Below are positions 39,171 to 50,197 of a stretch of DNA of 64,000 bases, piece after piece; within the stretch, counting starts at the first letter, position 1; every line of letters begins with the position of its first letter. Origin of the DNA: Mobula hypostoma. Its lineage: Eukaryota. The notes under the pieces are model-generated. The model had not been told where the DNA came from. It saw nothing but the letters and a program-made list of their open reading frames with translations, and did no database searches. The position numbers were made by a program, and so were the translations under genes. The stretch is from the NCBI RefSeq assembly GCF_963921235.1, contig NC_086112.1:42532001-42596000 (forward strand), in the 5' to 3' direction.

Positions 39171-40206
39171 GCTCCAGACCTCATTCATCAACCCTAATTT
39201 TGAGATGAATTCTAAAATGAGATGGGAAAATTACCCTAGGCCCAACCATCTTCAGCTGCTTCATTATTTACCATTGGATCAAGTGAGAATGTCTACACGA
39301 CTTTAGATTAATACAGCATAGAAACAAGCTCAGGCACAATTCATCCTTGCAATCAGGTGCCCAAGTAGGATGGTCCTATTTGTTTGCCTTGAGTCCATAA
39401 ACTTCACCCTGAACCTACTCACTTATACATACTCGTCTCTACTGCTTCCTCTGATAACTTCATACATACACATCACACTTTCCGTATAAAAGCTTTTCCC
39501 TATTACCCAAGGGATAAGGTGTCCCTCCATCTTATCTATTGCCCTTCATGATTGTATGAACCTCTCATTATCCTTCAGCCTTCTCTACTCCATTAAAACC
39601 AGTCCCACCCTATTCGGTCCATCGTAACTGAAGCCCCCCAGACTTGGTGGCATTCTTTTGAATCTTCTCTACTCTAGCTTTATCACAAGTAGAGTTTTCA
39701 ACCAGAACTGCATAGTATTCCAAGTATCATCTACCCACCAATGAATTACATTAATTATGGTAATACTACATACACAAAATGCATTGCACTTGCTTACTCA
39801 GGCTGCACTGACAAACATCTCAATTTTGTGATCTCTACCACTACAATGGAGCCATTATATAAGACACTCACTTTCAGATTCCTTGGAAATAAGACTGCCA
39901 TTCCTTTGGTTTAAATCGACCTTCAGCAGGATTACAGTAAATCAAAATGACTCAGCTGCACTTTTTTTTTTATTAACAGCTAGATACAAAGTTTTAGCTA
40001 TAACACCCCCACCATCTTTATTCTCACCACTGAAGGTGAGTTTATTAAACAGTTGAGTTCTGAATTATTTTGTTCTGAACAAGAGGTAAAATTGACCAGT
40101 GCTTTACAATTTGACATGAAAATTGGAAAAGTTAATTCTACCAGGAATTGTTATGAGAATTAGAGCTAAGACAGCTCAGTTGGTGGAACAGAAATAAACA
40201 GGGTAA

Positions 40207-40631
40207 GCAACACACATCAAAGTTGCTGGTGAACACAGCAGACCAGGCAGCATCTCTAGGAAGAGGTACAGTCAATGTTTTGGGCAGAGACCCTTCGTCA
40301 GGACTAACTGAAAGAAGAGCTAGTAAGAGATTTGGAAGTGGGAGGGGGAGATCCAAAATGATAGAAGACAGGAGGGGGAGGGATGGAGCCAAGCACTGGA
40401 CAGTTGATTAGCAAAAGGGATATGAGAGGATCATGGGACAGGAGGCACAGGGAGAAAGAAAAGGGGAAGGGGGGAACCCAGAGGATGGGCAAGGGGTATA
40501 GTCAGAGGGAGAAAGAGAGAAAAAGTGTATATAAGTAAATACCGGATGGGGTACGAGGGGCATTAGCAGAAGTTTGACAAGTCAATGTTCATGCCATCAG
40601 GTTAGAGGCTACCCAGATGGAATACAAGGTG
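40207..40631 (-). mobile_element. Penelope-like 3' end (GIY-YIG tail plus terminal repeat with decayed hammerhead)
   Basis: HLVFHLGSL*PDGMNIDLSNF. CTGACGA at 40301-40295 is intact, while GAAACGTC has decayed to AAAACATT. Confidence 0.75.
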
Positions 40632-40819
40632 AATGAAAGGCCAAATTTGCATTCAACCAGTGCACATCTCCAGAACTGCTTAGACTCTACCTTATGTATT
40701 CAGTAATTCTATTCTCTAGTCTATCTTTCCAAATCCATTATGCAACAGAGGACATGGTCTTCACAAATGCCCACTTAACTATTACTTTGGATAGCATGCT
40801 GGGTGAACAGCTACACTTA

Positions 40820-41060
40820 ACAGACTCTTAAAGATGCAGGCCTTTCCAGACCAATGAGCTGCACCACCCAGTAACACTAGCCTAATCACAGGACAAATTA
40901 CAATAACCAATTTACCTACTCTAAGCAGTCTTTGGACTGTGAGGAACAAAGCACTTGGGAAAACCCATGCACCCCTGGGGAATATGTTCTTAACAGACAG
41001 CACTGGAATTAAACTGCAAACTACAGAATGCCCTGAGCCATAATTGTGTTGCGCTAAACC
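40820..41060 (-). mobile_element. SINE (V-SINE/HE1-like)
   Basis: Homologous to 16790-17035. Confidence 0.55.
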
Positions 41061-41595
41061 CATATATGAAGAGGAATTTAACAGTAGCCACTAGTTAGGA
41101 TAACTTAAATTGCAAACACATTATAGCTTGTGTTGATTGGCCAATGGAAAATTGTTGACATCTAGGCCATGAATTCTGCAGGAAGAGCTGCAACCCTATC
41201 ACAACAGGATCTTACCTTTTAATGTAAATAGTTTAGCTTGCTGCACTGCAACTTCACTGTAGCATTTAATTATAAAACAGATTAGTCCAAGTATGTTAAT
41301 ACTCATATTAATGAGACATTTTATAAACCATTGGTTATAGTGATTAAAAGGACCTCAATGGTGACACCAGGTTCTTGAGCAAGCTAGCATAACATTTAAT
41401 AATGAATCATTAGTGGAAGACAAATCTTGTGAGCAGAAGCAATTTTATATCATTCCAATTAAAAACAGCTAAACAGAGACAGATGTTTGTCTAGTTTAAT
41501 TACTAACCAGTCAACTTTTGCTGTCAGTTTCTCATCTGGCAAAAGTATAAGGAATCTATCCTCAAGCAAAATATACACGAGTTTAGTTTACCTAG

Positions 41596-41601
41596 TTTAT
41601 T
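41596..41601 (-). terminator. Candidate HNRNPK polyadenylation signal
   Basis: AATAAA on the minus strand about 370 nt after the stop codon. Confidence 0.5.
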
Positions 41602-41967
41602 TTAAAAACCATAAAATGTTCCTTACAAAACAAGATTGCATTCTGCACATGTACTGAATGGATCTGGCACATTTAAACTACCAGTACTATTGTCCATAAA
41701 CAGTGTACATCTTATGTTACCATAGATACAGGAAATACAATAAACCACTGAAACATTTAGAACAAAACAAAGCCCAGAATCCACTCCACTTTTGGAAAAT
41801 TCGAACTGTCTAAGCTGTAAGGTTCACTAATTAAAACATTACAAATGATCAAAAGCTGAATATAATCATTGCTTCCAGTGTGATCTAAGTAAGCAGAGGA
41901 ATGTTGGCTCTTCAAACAAAAGCAGTGACAAAAAAAGCAGCGATCCTTCAATCTTCTCCGCTTTGTT

Positions 41968-41998
41968 TTACAAGAACTGCCCAGAGTACTGCCTCACA
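41968..41998 (-). CDS. HNRNPK: hnRNP K terminal coding exon (SVRQYSGQFL*)
   Basis: Acceptor cttttctttcacag; resembles the mammalian SVKQYSGKFF tail. Joined CDS is 1239 nt = 412 aa. Confidence 0.92.
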
Positions 41999-42037
41999 CT
42001 GTGAAAGAAAAGACAGAATTAAGACTTTGGAAGCCAT

Positions 42038-42068
42038 TTACAAGTCCCTCAGCTTACTTTGACCCACA
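42038..42068 (-). CDS. HNRNPK: Candidate alternative hnRNP K C-terminus (SVGQSKLRDL*) from an acceptor 70 nt upstream
   Basis: ttgtcttttgcatttaagttag|TGTGGGT...TTGTAA; same length, start (TGTG) and end (TTGTAA) as the canonical tail. Confidence 0.5.
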
Positions 42069-42260
42069 CTAACTTAAATGCAAAAGACAAGCCATCAGCC
42101 CTTGGTTTAAAGTTTACATCTCCTTACAATCTACTGGTGTAAGGAACTTCATGATAACAGGTCCATACTACACTCAAATTATACCTAATCCTGACCAGAA
42201 AACACTATCTGACATTAAAAACAAACTGTGCTCTCACAGCATGCATTTAAAACAATTCAC

Positions 42261-42595
42261 TAGTGCTGGGTCGAAATTTTGATATACTGAACTTCTAAAG
42301 GAAATATTTGCCTTCAGAGGTCAATAGCAATATTGCACACCCAATTGTTCACAAATTCAATTCCCCAAAATTGACCCTTTCCACCACCAAAACAAAAACG
42401 TTCCCGCTACCAAACTGACCTTTTCTCGTGTGGAGCTGCGGTATCTGAACGCACGGGTCAGCTTAAGGGCGCAAAGCGGCTGCTGTAGCTGCACTGGGGA
42501 GAAACCAGGTAAAAAAAAATAAACTAATTTGACCAAACATTTTTGTTTTCAATGAATGTTCGGATGCGAGTGCAGATCAATTCGACCCAGCACTA
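42261..42595. repeat. Perfect 15-bp inverted repeat bracketing a candidate exon
   Basis: TAGTGCTGGGTCGAA at 42261-42275 and TTCGACCCAGCACTA at 42581-42595. Confidence 0.9.
42420..42493 (-). CDS. HNRNPK: Candidate 74-nt cassette exon giving C-terminus SAATAAALRP*
   Basis: Acceptor tttttttttacctggtttctccccag, donor AAG|GTCAGT, in-frame TAA at 42465-42463; CpG-retaining sequence inside an AT-rich intron. Confidence 0.6.
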
Positions 42596-42715
42596 AAATT
42601 TCAGTTAACCAAAGCTTGTGTATATGAAAGGACAGCACAGCAAGATGAACAGAAAATGGTAGTTTGCTGTTGCAGAACTTTTGAGAATTAAACTTATTGG
42701 AACAAAAGTTCTTGA

Positions 42716-42818
42716 GAGGTATGATCTGCGCTATATGGCAGACTGTGATTTGTTGTCAATCCAACTGTCCAAAACAACAAAATCACTAGTCTTCCACACA
42801 GAACCAGACCAAATTCCA
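42716..42818 (-). ncRNA. MIR7-1: miR-7-1 precursor hairpin in the last HNRNPK intron
   Basis: 5p arm TGGAAGACTAGTGATTTTGTTGTT at 42796-42773; 3p arm CAACAAATCACAGTCTGCCATA at 42755-42734; established host-gene position. Confidence 0.97.
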
Positions 42819-43095
42819 AGTTGACTGATCTTCTATGCTTACATAGCACAGGCAATGAAATCTCATTGAACATTAACTAGTGATAGCAAATACAATGGGA
42901 TTCACAAAAAGGCACTTTTACAATTAAACAGCAGATACCATTTGTGGAATTTGTTGCATTAAAGCAGGTCAAATTTAACATTAAAAGCAGAACTAGGAAG
43001 GTTCAGAAATTTGAAAAGTGCACAAGTCAGAGTGCAGCATGTTAAGGGCAGAGCATATCATTACTGTTAAACAAACCATTCAATGTTATTAGTTA

Positions 43096-43266
<171 letters not shown>

Positions 43267-43833
43267 CTATTAAAAGTACAAATGAAGTATTCATTATGCA
43301 ATTTCAGGTCACAACTGTACATAACAGCTCAAAATTTAATTTGTTGCCATCCCAATGTTGAGAAAAATCTCAGAAAACACCAAGTACTATCAAGATCCAG
43401 CATCAATATACAGACAATTTTGATCACTCATTGCAGTGGAACCAGAATCCATTGCTTTGACATTAAGACTCACTACCACTGGATTTATTCATCCTCTGCA
43501 GGTACATACTACATTTTGAACAATGAACACCCCAGATTACCAATGATACTGAGCTCACACCTAAAGATAAGAACATTCAGGGGCCACAGACTATTTTCTT
43601 CTCTTCCAACCTCTCAAAGTTTATTATTAACTGAACACTATCAATTGGGTCAGGGGTAGGAGTGCACAAGAGTAATCTGTGGAATATGACCATTGTTACA
43701 ATTATCTTACATATTTGAATGATGAACCAACTTTATCAAGGTTAATTTTGCCTTTTAGCCAAAACGGATTTCAAACCTCATGCACGCATTTTCAAGCAAT
43801 GGAACAATAGAAAGAAGATACAAACAATCTTAC

Positions 43834-43901
43834 ATCTTTGGGAATTGTGACTTGTGTAGTGATGATTGGCCCTCCCAAATCTCCATATCCGCCACGGCCA
43901 C
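43834..43901 (-). CDS. HNRNPK: hnRNP K exon (KH3 start)
   Basis: [22 protein letters not shown]; AG/GT boundaries. Confidence 0.93.
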
Positions 43902-43977
43902 CTGAAGAAAGACAAAGGTCACCTAAATCTTGAACTCTCACTCAAAAAAAAAAATCAAAAATTGAAATCAAACTTAC

Positions 43978-43993
43978 CATATCCGGAACCACC
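43978..43993 (-). CDS. HNRNPK: hnRNP K 16-nt microexon (GGSGY)
   Basis: cacag|GGTGGTTCCGGATATG|gtaagt; required to keep the reading frame. Confidence 0.9.
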
Positions 43994-44558
43994 CTGTGCA
44001 AGCCGGAGTGGGGGTGGGGGGTGGGGAAGAGAGCAGAAAATAGAAAATTAAGGAATGTTAAGTTCTCAGATTTTACAAATAAGGCACTCAAGACGCATGA
44101 CAAAATTTTGATTAATCAACAAAGGTGTCACTAAGCAAATAGGGATAACTTGTGAATGTGGAACTGAGCCACAAACTATGCAACATCTGCAATGCCCATC
44201 GCTAGAGGAACCCTGTACTGTTGCAGATCTTGTCGAATTCAACAAGGCACAAAAATGTGTCCAGTTCTGGCTGGGTCATGTACAGACTGTCCGTGGACAC
44301 GCTAAGAAGATTAACCAACTGATTACTCTATCAAGAAGCCCGTTTAATAATTATGTACTTGTTAACTGGCAGTTTGGACAGCTCTTATGATGTTATTAAG
44401 TACATATACTATGAACCCAATTGTTCCCATTTCCCTTGTTAAATCTGGTTCAAAACTACAGAAGAACCCTGTTTAAATAGTCATTTACATCTTCTGCCCA
44501 ACTACAAACTGTCAAATGTTAGATAATTGTTATAAAAATTGAGATATTTACAACTTAC

Positions 44559-44610
44559 CATGCCATCATATCGGTCAGCCATTCTGTTCCTGCCATAGAG
44601 AGCAAGGTCA
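44559..44610 (-). CDS. HNRNPK: hnRNP K exon
   Basis: DLALYGRNRMADRYDGM|gtaagt. Confidence 0.9.
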
Positions 44611-45127
44611 CTACAATAAAATAGGAGCTACTTGTAAACACAGTAACTGCCCCAGATCCAGACTACTTTGGCAAGCCAGGATGGATGGTACAGTCTGGTG
44701 CTCAAGAAATCTTACATATAGATGTATTTAATTTACTTCAAGCTAAGTCCCTTTAAATTCTCTAGCAAATATTACTCAAACGAGCTGTTAAGACAAAATT
44801 TACATCCTGACTGAACTAGACAACTACAGCATGCACAACAGTGCTCAAAGATAGTTTCTACAGACCCTCCAATAGTTTGGTGGAGAACAGAATTAATCTC
44901 AGTCTCAGTTATACATTTCAACTAGCAAAAACCCAGTAATTTTAACTGATGCCAAGTATACATCCTGAAAACAATATTCATTCAATGTAACTCTGCTACT
45001 CTTCATGCATATGCTTCGTACTGAATAAGTACCAACATCACAAAATTTAAATCAATTACCTTTCACACTAGGCTTCATACCTTGACAACTCAATTCCTCA
45101 GGTCAGTAGTTTTATTTAAGAACTTAC

Positions 45128-45465
45128 CCTCTGGGTGGAGGTGGAGGTGGGAGAACACGGCCCCCACCTCTGCCACCTCTTCCTGTGCGTGGCATAGGTG
45201 GAGGTCCCCTACGGGTTGGTGGACTCATGTCATCATAAGCATCTCTTCTGGGTGGGGGCATGGGCCTACCACCCCTGTTTGGCATTCCCAAGGGACCCCT
45301 ACGCTCATATCCAGGTGAAGGGGGATGGGGTCCACCCCTACCACGCATTTGAAAAGGCATTGGACGCCTTCCTCTGTCATCAAACATCATTGTAAAGCCA
45401 CCATAATCATAAGTTTCGTCATAGAAATTTGGATCATATGGCTGAGCACGTCCTTTGACAGGAGA
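45128..45465 (-). CDS. HNRNPK: hnRNP K exon (KI region, RGG/proline-rich)
   Basis: [30 protein letters not shown]...PPPPPPRG. Confidence 0.95.
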
Positions 45466-45669
45466 CTTAAAATTAAAAAGAAATTACCGTGAATCACATG
45501 TAAAGCTTTAAAATATTTCATTAGTCATGTTGCTAATAAAATTCCAAGTAACATTTTAAACATTCAAGAAGTCACGTTCCCTTGCTGCAACCAAAAAGAA
45601 CAAGCGGTTAACCAAATCATTAAATTTAAACATTGCCCTGCAGCAAATGCAAAATGGAATAGCACCCAC

Positions 45670-45798
45670 CTCTGCCAATAAGCCCAGTATAATCTTGATG
45701 CATTCAACCACTCTATCAGGCTTTCCACCAAGGAGAACTACTCTATCAGTTGAATGAGGGCAACATTCCTGAAACAGTTTAATTGTTGTCTGTGTGCT
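45670..45798 (-). CDS. HNRNPK: hnRNP K exon (KH2)
   Basis: [43 protein letters not shown]. Confidence 0.95.
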
Positions 45799-46011
45799 CT
45801 GAAATGAAGGAAATTTTCAATATAAAGATTAGTTTAAAAAAAAGACTGGTTACCAATGACCGTTAATTTAAATACTTACAATAGCGATTACTGAAGTTGG
45901 AGAAACAAAAACATCCTAGCTGCTCTTCACAAACCGTGGATATCAGTCATGGCCCTTCACCCTGAAAATCTACTTTCAGAGTAATAATAACTAGTGTTAA
46001 ATGCAACTTAC

Positions 46012-46125
46012 TTCTCTTAGTTCCTTTATCTTTACTCCTTTGACACCAATAATGCTTCCAGCTTGGCTTTGATGAACCAACATCCTCAGTTCACAGTCAA
46101 AGTCTTTTCCTTTATAGTGCTGGTA
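46012..46125 (-). CDS. HNRNPK: hnRNP K exon (KH2 start)
   Basis: [38 protein letters not shown]. Confidence 0.95.
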
Positions 46126-46283
46126 CTGTAAGGTCAAAAGTTTGACAACAGAGCATAAAATTCTTGATCTAGTGTAAAATCAACTGTATTAAATTAAAAC
46201 ACATGGCTCATCTAGCTTAAAGAGCAAAACAAAGCCATGTCCATTTAAACGGGCCGATGCTTTTGTTGATGAACACAACTCAC

Positions 46284-46356
46284 CTCTTCCAAAGTTGGGA
46301 TGATCTTCGATAATATGTCACCAATTGTCTCAATATCTGCATTTATACTCAATATG
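46284..46356 (-). CDS. HNRNPK: hnRNP K exon (KH1 end)
   Basis: ILSINADIETIGDILSKIIPTLEE. Confidence 0.95.
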
Positions 46357-47255
46357 CTGCCAATTATTTTTTGAAACCATTAACGATTTAAGGAGGAAGG
46401 AAAATAAACAAGTGAGTAAGCCATTCAAAGCACATGGAAACAATTTTAACAATTACTTAAAAATTTATTTTATAGAATATTTAGTAAACCCCATTATAAA
46501 TATTTACTAATAAACATGCAATAATTAACTAATTAACATTTCAAATTAAATCTTTGTAAAAAAATGGGTAATTGGAAGGGCTCAGATTAAGTGGGCAAGA
46601 AAAACGACGAATAGCTGAGAGCAGAAAGTGGAAAATTCATTTTCCCCACCACCAGTAATTTGAGAAACCCCTGGAAATATTAGCAATTTTGGCACACCTT
46701 CTCATAGGCAAAAGCAGAAGAGGTATGTGAGTATCATGGAGAACAGTATTAAAAAAGGTATTTGACAGAAATTTGGAGAAAAGTTAAGAAACTAGTCGTG
46801 GAAACAGCACTACTATGCCCCTGTAAGAAATTAATACAAAACAAAAGACAAAACAATGAGACAGAACAAATGAAAATTGGGAGTGGGTGACAGAAGTTAG
46901 CTTGGAAAACTATGAGAGGTAATGGGTGTGGGGTGGGGTGGAAGGGAGGGAGCAAGGTGGGCCACAAGGACAGTGCAAGATAGGCAGATTTAACAAATGA
47001 TTAACAATGCAGCAAAAATGCAACACTTGAAGCTGTGCTCCTTCCATTAAAATGAATTAGTGGATTGCTCTGGGTGGGCAACTCACGTAATAAAGACCAG
47101 CCACAAAAGACTTAATGGGGAAAATAGACAGAAAAATAACTTGAACAGTACACTTTTCTATAAGGGGCTACTAATTAATAACAACAAATTCAGGTTATAA
47201 AAGATACAATTCCTTGTTCTAATCAGGCAGTGAGTCATAAACTGTTGGGACATAC

Positions 47256-47299
47256 CGCTCGGGGCCACTGCTGTCTGGGACTGATACACTGGCATTGTA
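47256..47299 (-). CDS. HNRNPK: hnRNP K 44-nt exon (KH1)
   Basis: YNASVSVPDSSGPER; aatgcag acceptor, gtatgt donor. Confidence 0.95.
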
Positions 47300-48372
47300 C
47301 TGCATTGGTCACAAAGGCGTTCGTGGTTGTTGGCATTGGGCAAGGGCATTCAGTGACGTTCAGGTATTGGTGCCCATTTGGCATTTGAGCACATTATGGG
47401 CATAGCCAACCAGGGTATTCAGATGGGTGTTCAAGGGACAGATGGGTCAACGTCATGATGGGCAACGCAGGGAACAAGTCGATCCAGTACAAGGGCAACG
47501 GAGATAAATGGCCAAAAAAACAAGGAGAGGGAAGAGGGGGGAAAAGGAGTAAATTTTAATTGAATAATATTATAAAATCTATTCTCATCACTCTATATAT
47601 AATTAAATATATATATATATCCTTTGTACAGATTTCTGAAGACTCTACACAACAACGGAAGCACTTCATAACTGCACTTAAAAAGTTAACAATATTCCTC
47701 ATAAATATGGGAAATAACTATATTGAGTAATCAATTCAACAAGACTTTAACATTAAACCTAGCGTCTAATGGGCATCTATTTACTCTAGTTACTCAAATT
47801 CTGTTTAGCTTCATTTTTACAAAACATTGCCTCCCGTTATCTATGGAAACAGTTAACACTGTTCTATACCCAATTTCATATCAAGCATTCTTCTTTACAT
47901 AAAGCAGTCTTTGTCCTTCACGTACATCTGAATAGCTGTTGAAGCAAGAACAGATGGACATCTTTAAAAAAAATTAAGTTCTGACTCTGGGATACTCCGG
48001 GTTACACCAACCACCTGCAATGTTTCTCCATTTAATATTTTAGTGCATAAAATTAGGAAATGCTACAATTAAGGAATACTACACAATTATGGACACCTTA
48101 CAAAACACTCATCTATGATAAAATTTAAAACTGCACCCTAATTTAAAAATGTTCATATATCCTCAATCAGCCCAGACATTGTTAAGAAAACTGTATGGTT
48201 CACACGCAATATTACAAATGGCTTTCATAAACCTCCCAGAACATTAACAACTCATTTTAAAATATGTCCAAAATTTATTTGGCTATCTAGCAGCATATTT
48301 ATGACTTATAACTTGTAGATTTCCACATAATGTATCTAAAAGTAATAGCCTATACTATAGATATATACTCAC

Positions 48373-48429
48373 GTCTGTGCGCAATGACTTGATATTTTTG
48401 CCACCTTTCCCAATCACAGCTCCAGCATT
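48373..48429 (-). CDS. HNRNPK: hnRNP K exon (KH1 GxxG)
   Basis: NAGAVIGKGGKNIKSLRTD. Confidence 0.95.
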
Positions 48430-48559
48430 CTTTTAAAAACAAAAATAATAGCATCAGCAAATATGGGCACCAACATACTGTTCTAGTAGGAACATCATTA
48501 AGCCTACTATAAACAGAAAGATTACATGTACTAGCGATGGGGAAAAAAGCTCATCTTAC

Positions 48560-48657
48560 CTTGCTCTGCAAGAGAAGTCGAAGTTCCACACATTGGTCAT
48601 TATTCCGAGACCTCTTAAAAGCTTGCTCTCCATCATGGTCCTCAGCAGGACGCTTGC
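48560..48657 (-). CDS. HNRNPK: hnRNP K exon (bipartite NLS)
   Basis: [32 protein letters not shown]. Confidence 0.95.
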
Positions 48658-50148
48658 CTGAAAGTTGTGTGTGTTTTTTTAAAAATATCAAGCTTTACTG
48701 ATTTTTCTGGCACTTAACTTCTTTAGTTTCTGAATTAACTTTCCTAGTTAACAGTTGGCAATTCATTTAATCACCAGTCTTATCAGCACAACTGAAATCT
48801 TCAGTAACTAAGCCATGCTACTTACCTTTCATACAAATAAAATTAATCCAAGTAATCTCTAAACAAGAAGTTTCAATTTATAACCAAATTGCAAAACTAT
48901 GAAGTTGTACAAAGTGGTGACTTAAGTTCTTTACTTTGAACTCTAGGTAACAAAGCACCTATGCAATATAAGTTAGGGCACAAAAGACAGGATCAGCATC
49001 TGTGCAGAGTAGAAAAATCAACAAGTTTGAACTGCTCTACAGAAGCTATTAATTCAGATTCTGAAAATTGTACCCTCTTGAAATTTACTTTACTTTACAC
49101 CCAACTACAATATTTAATTCTCAGAAAAAAATATCAGAAAGGATATACAACTTCTTACACAAGAACAGAGACCAAGCCTTCTGATATGAACCATACACTT
49201 ATTCGAAAATCTGCTGGATCCTAATTAGTTCAAAAAATTTTCTCCCTGGTAGAGTTGGCAGGTGTAGAAAATGTTAAGGTGGGAGGTAAAAAAACAACAG
49301 CACAGCCAAGGGATTTTTAAACAATGACTAGTAAACACGTGGCTTTGTTGAACCACTAACCAATTCGAGTATAAACGGGCAAGCAGAAATACAGGAATTT
49401 TGATAAACTGAAAACTGGGTTGTTGGCACTGGTGTACAAGGACAAGCACAAAGGATTTAATGGCTGAGGTACAAATCTCAGGTGGAAGGAACTCAGTGAT
49501 CACATGCGTGTGGGTAACAGCAGAATTTTAAGATGTATTCCAGGTCATATATATTAGACAAAAACTATAATCACAGAAAAATATGCTTGGATAAGGGATG
49601 GAAAAATGACTAAGGATGAATAATGCAGATCACTCAGATGTTACTTGCAAATTGGCCCTGAATGAAGCAGAAACTTCATTGGAGAATACAAGGGCAATTA
49701 TAGGATGCATGTGAGACATTCAAGCACCCCAAAGACAGGATGAAGTTGTTATTAATGGGATGGGGAAGTCAACTGTCCAAAATCAGAATGAGATGCAAGG
49801 AAAGTTTTGTGATCACAGGGAAAACAACTTGTTACCAATACGGCAGCTTCTACTTCATCCATTATAAGCTACCCAAATTCCTCTTACACTGGAGCATGGT
49901 GATGCCATTCCTAGCCTCGGCTTTCAGTTAGGTTTTCATTTTAAGAATGGTCTGTAAAACACTGATTAAACTGTACATTTCATCAATCCATTAAAACATA
50001 CAACATTAAGCACACAATATACAGGACTGATAGAAAACGCAAGCAATATTCAAATGCTAGTTTTTAAATCAGCCCTTAGATCAATAGCTATATAATAAAA
50101 AAAAGGAAGAAAAGCAAAACATACAAGAACCAGGGCTAAGACTACTAC

Positions 50149-50197
50149 CGTTGGTCTCTGGGCTGTTATACTTGATATCTTGCTGATCAGTCTCCAT
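50149..50197 (-). CDS. HNRNPK: hnRNP K first coding exon
   Basis: METDQQDIKYNSPETNG; ATG at 50197, phase-1 donor at 50148; acceptors at 50243 or 50203. Confidence 0.88.

Noticed and set aside
42261-42595. hAT-type MITE reading of the TAGTGCTGGG inverted repeat
   Set aside because: The 8-bp flanks (CAATTCAC vs AAATTTCA) are not a clean TSD although the arms are perfect, and the interior has exon features. Disfavoured but not excluded; a copy-number search decides.
43902-43922. Upstream in-frame acceptor adding 7 aa before KH3
   Set aside because: It would leave a 55-nt intron after the microexon, which is short for a vertebrate.
44150-44301. Exon-like stretch after cttcttag with an in-frame TGA
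   Set aside because: No convincing donor found and no similarity to the missing mammalian exon.
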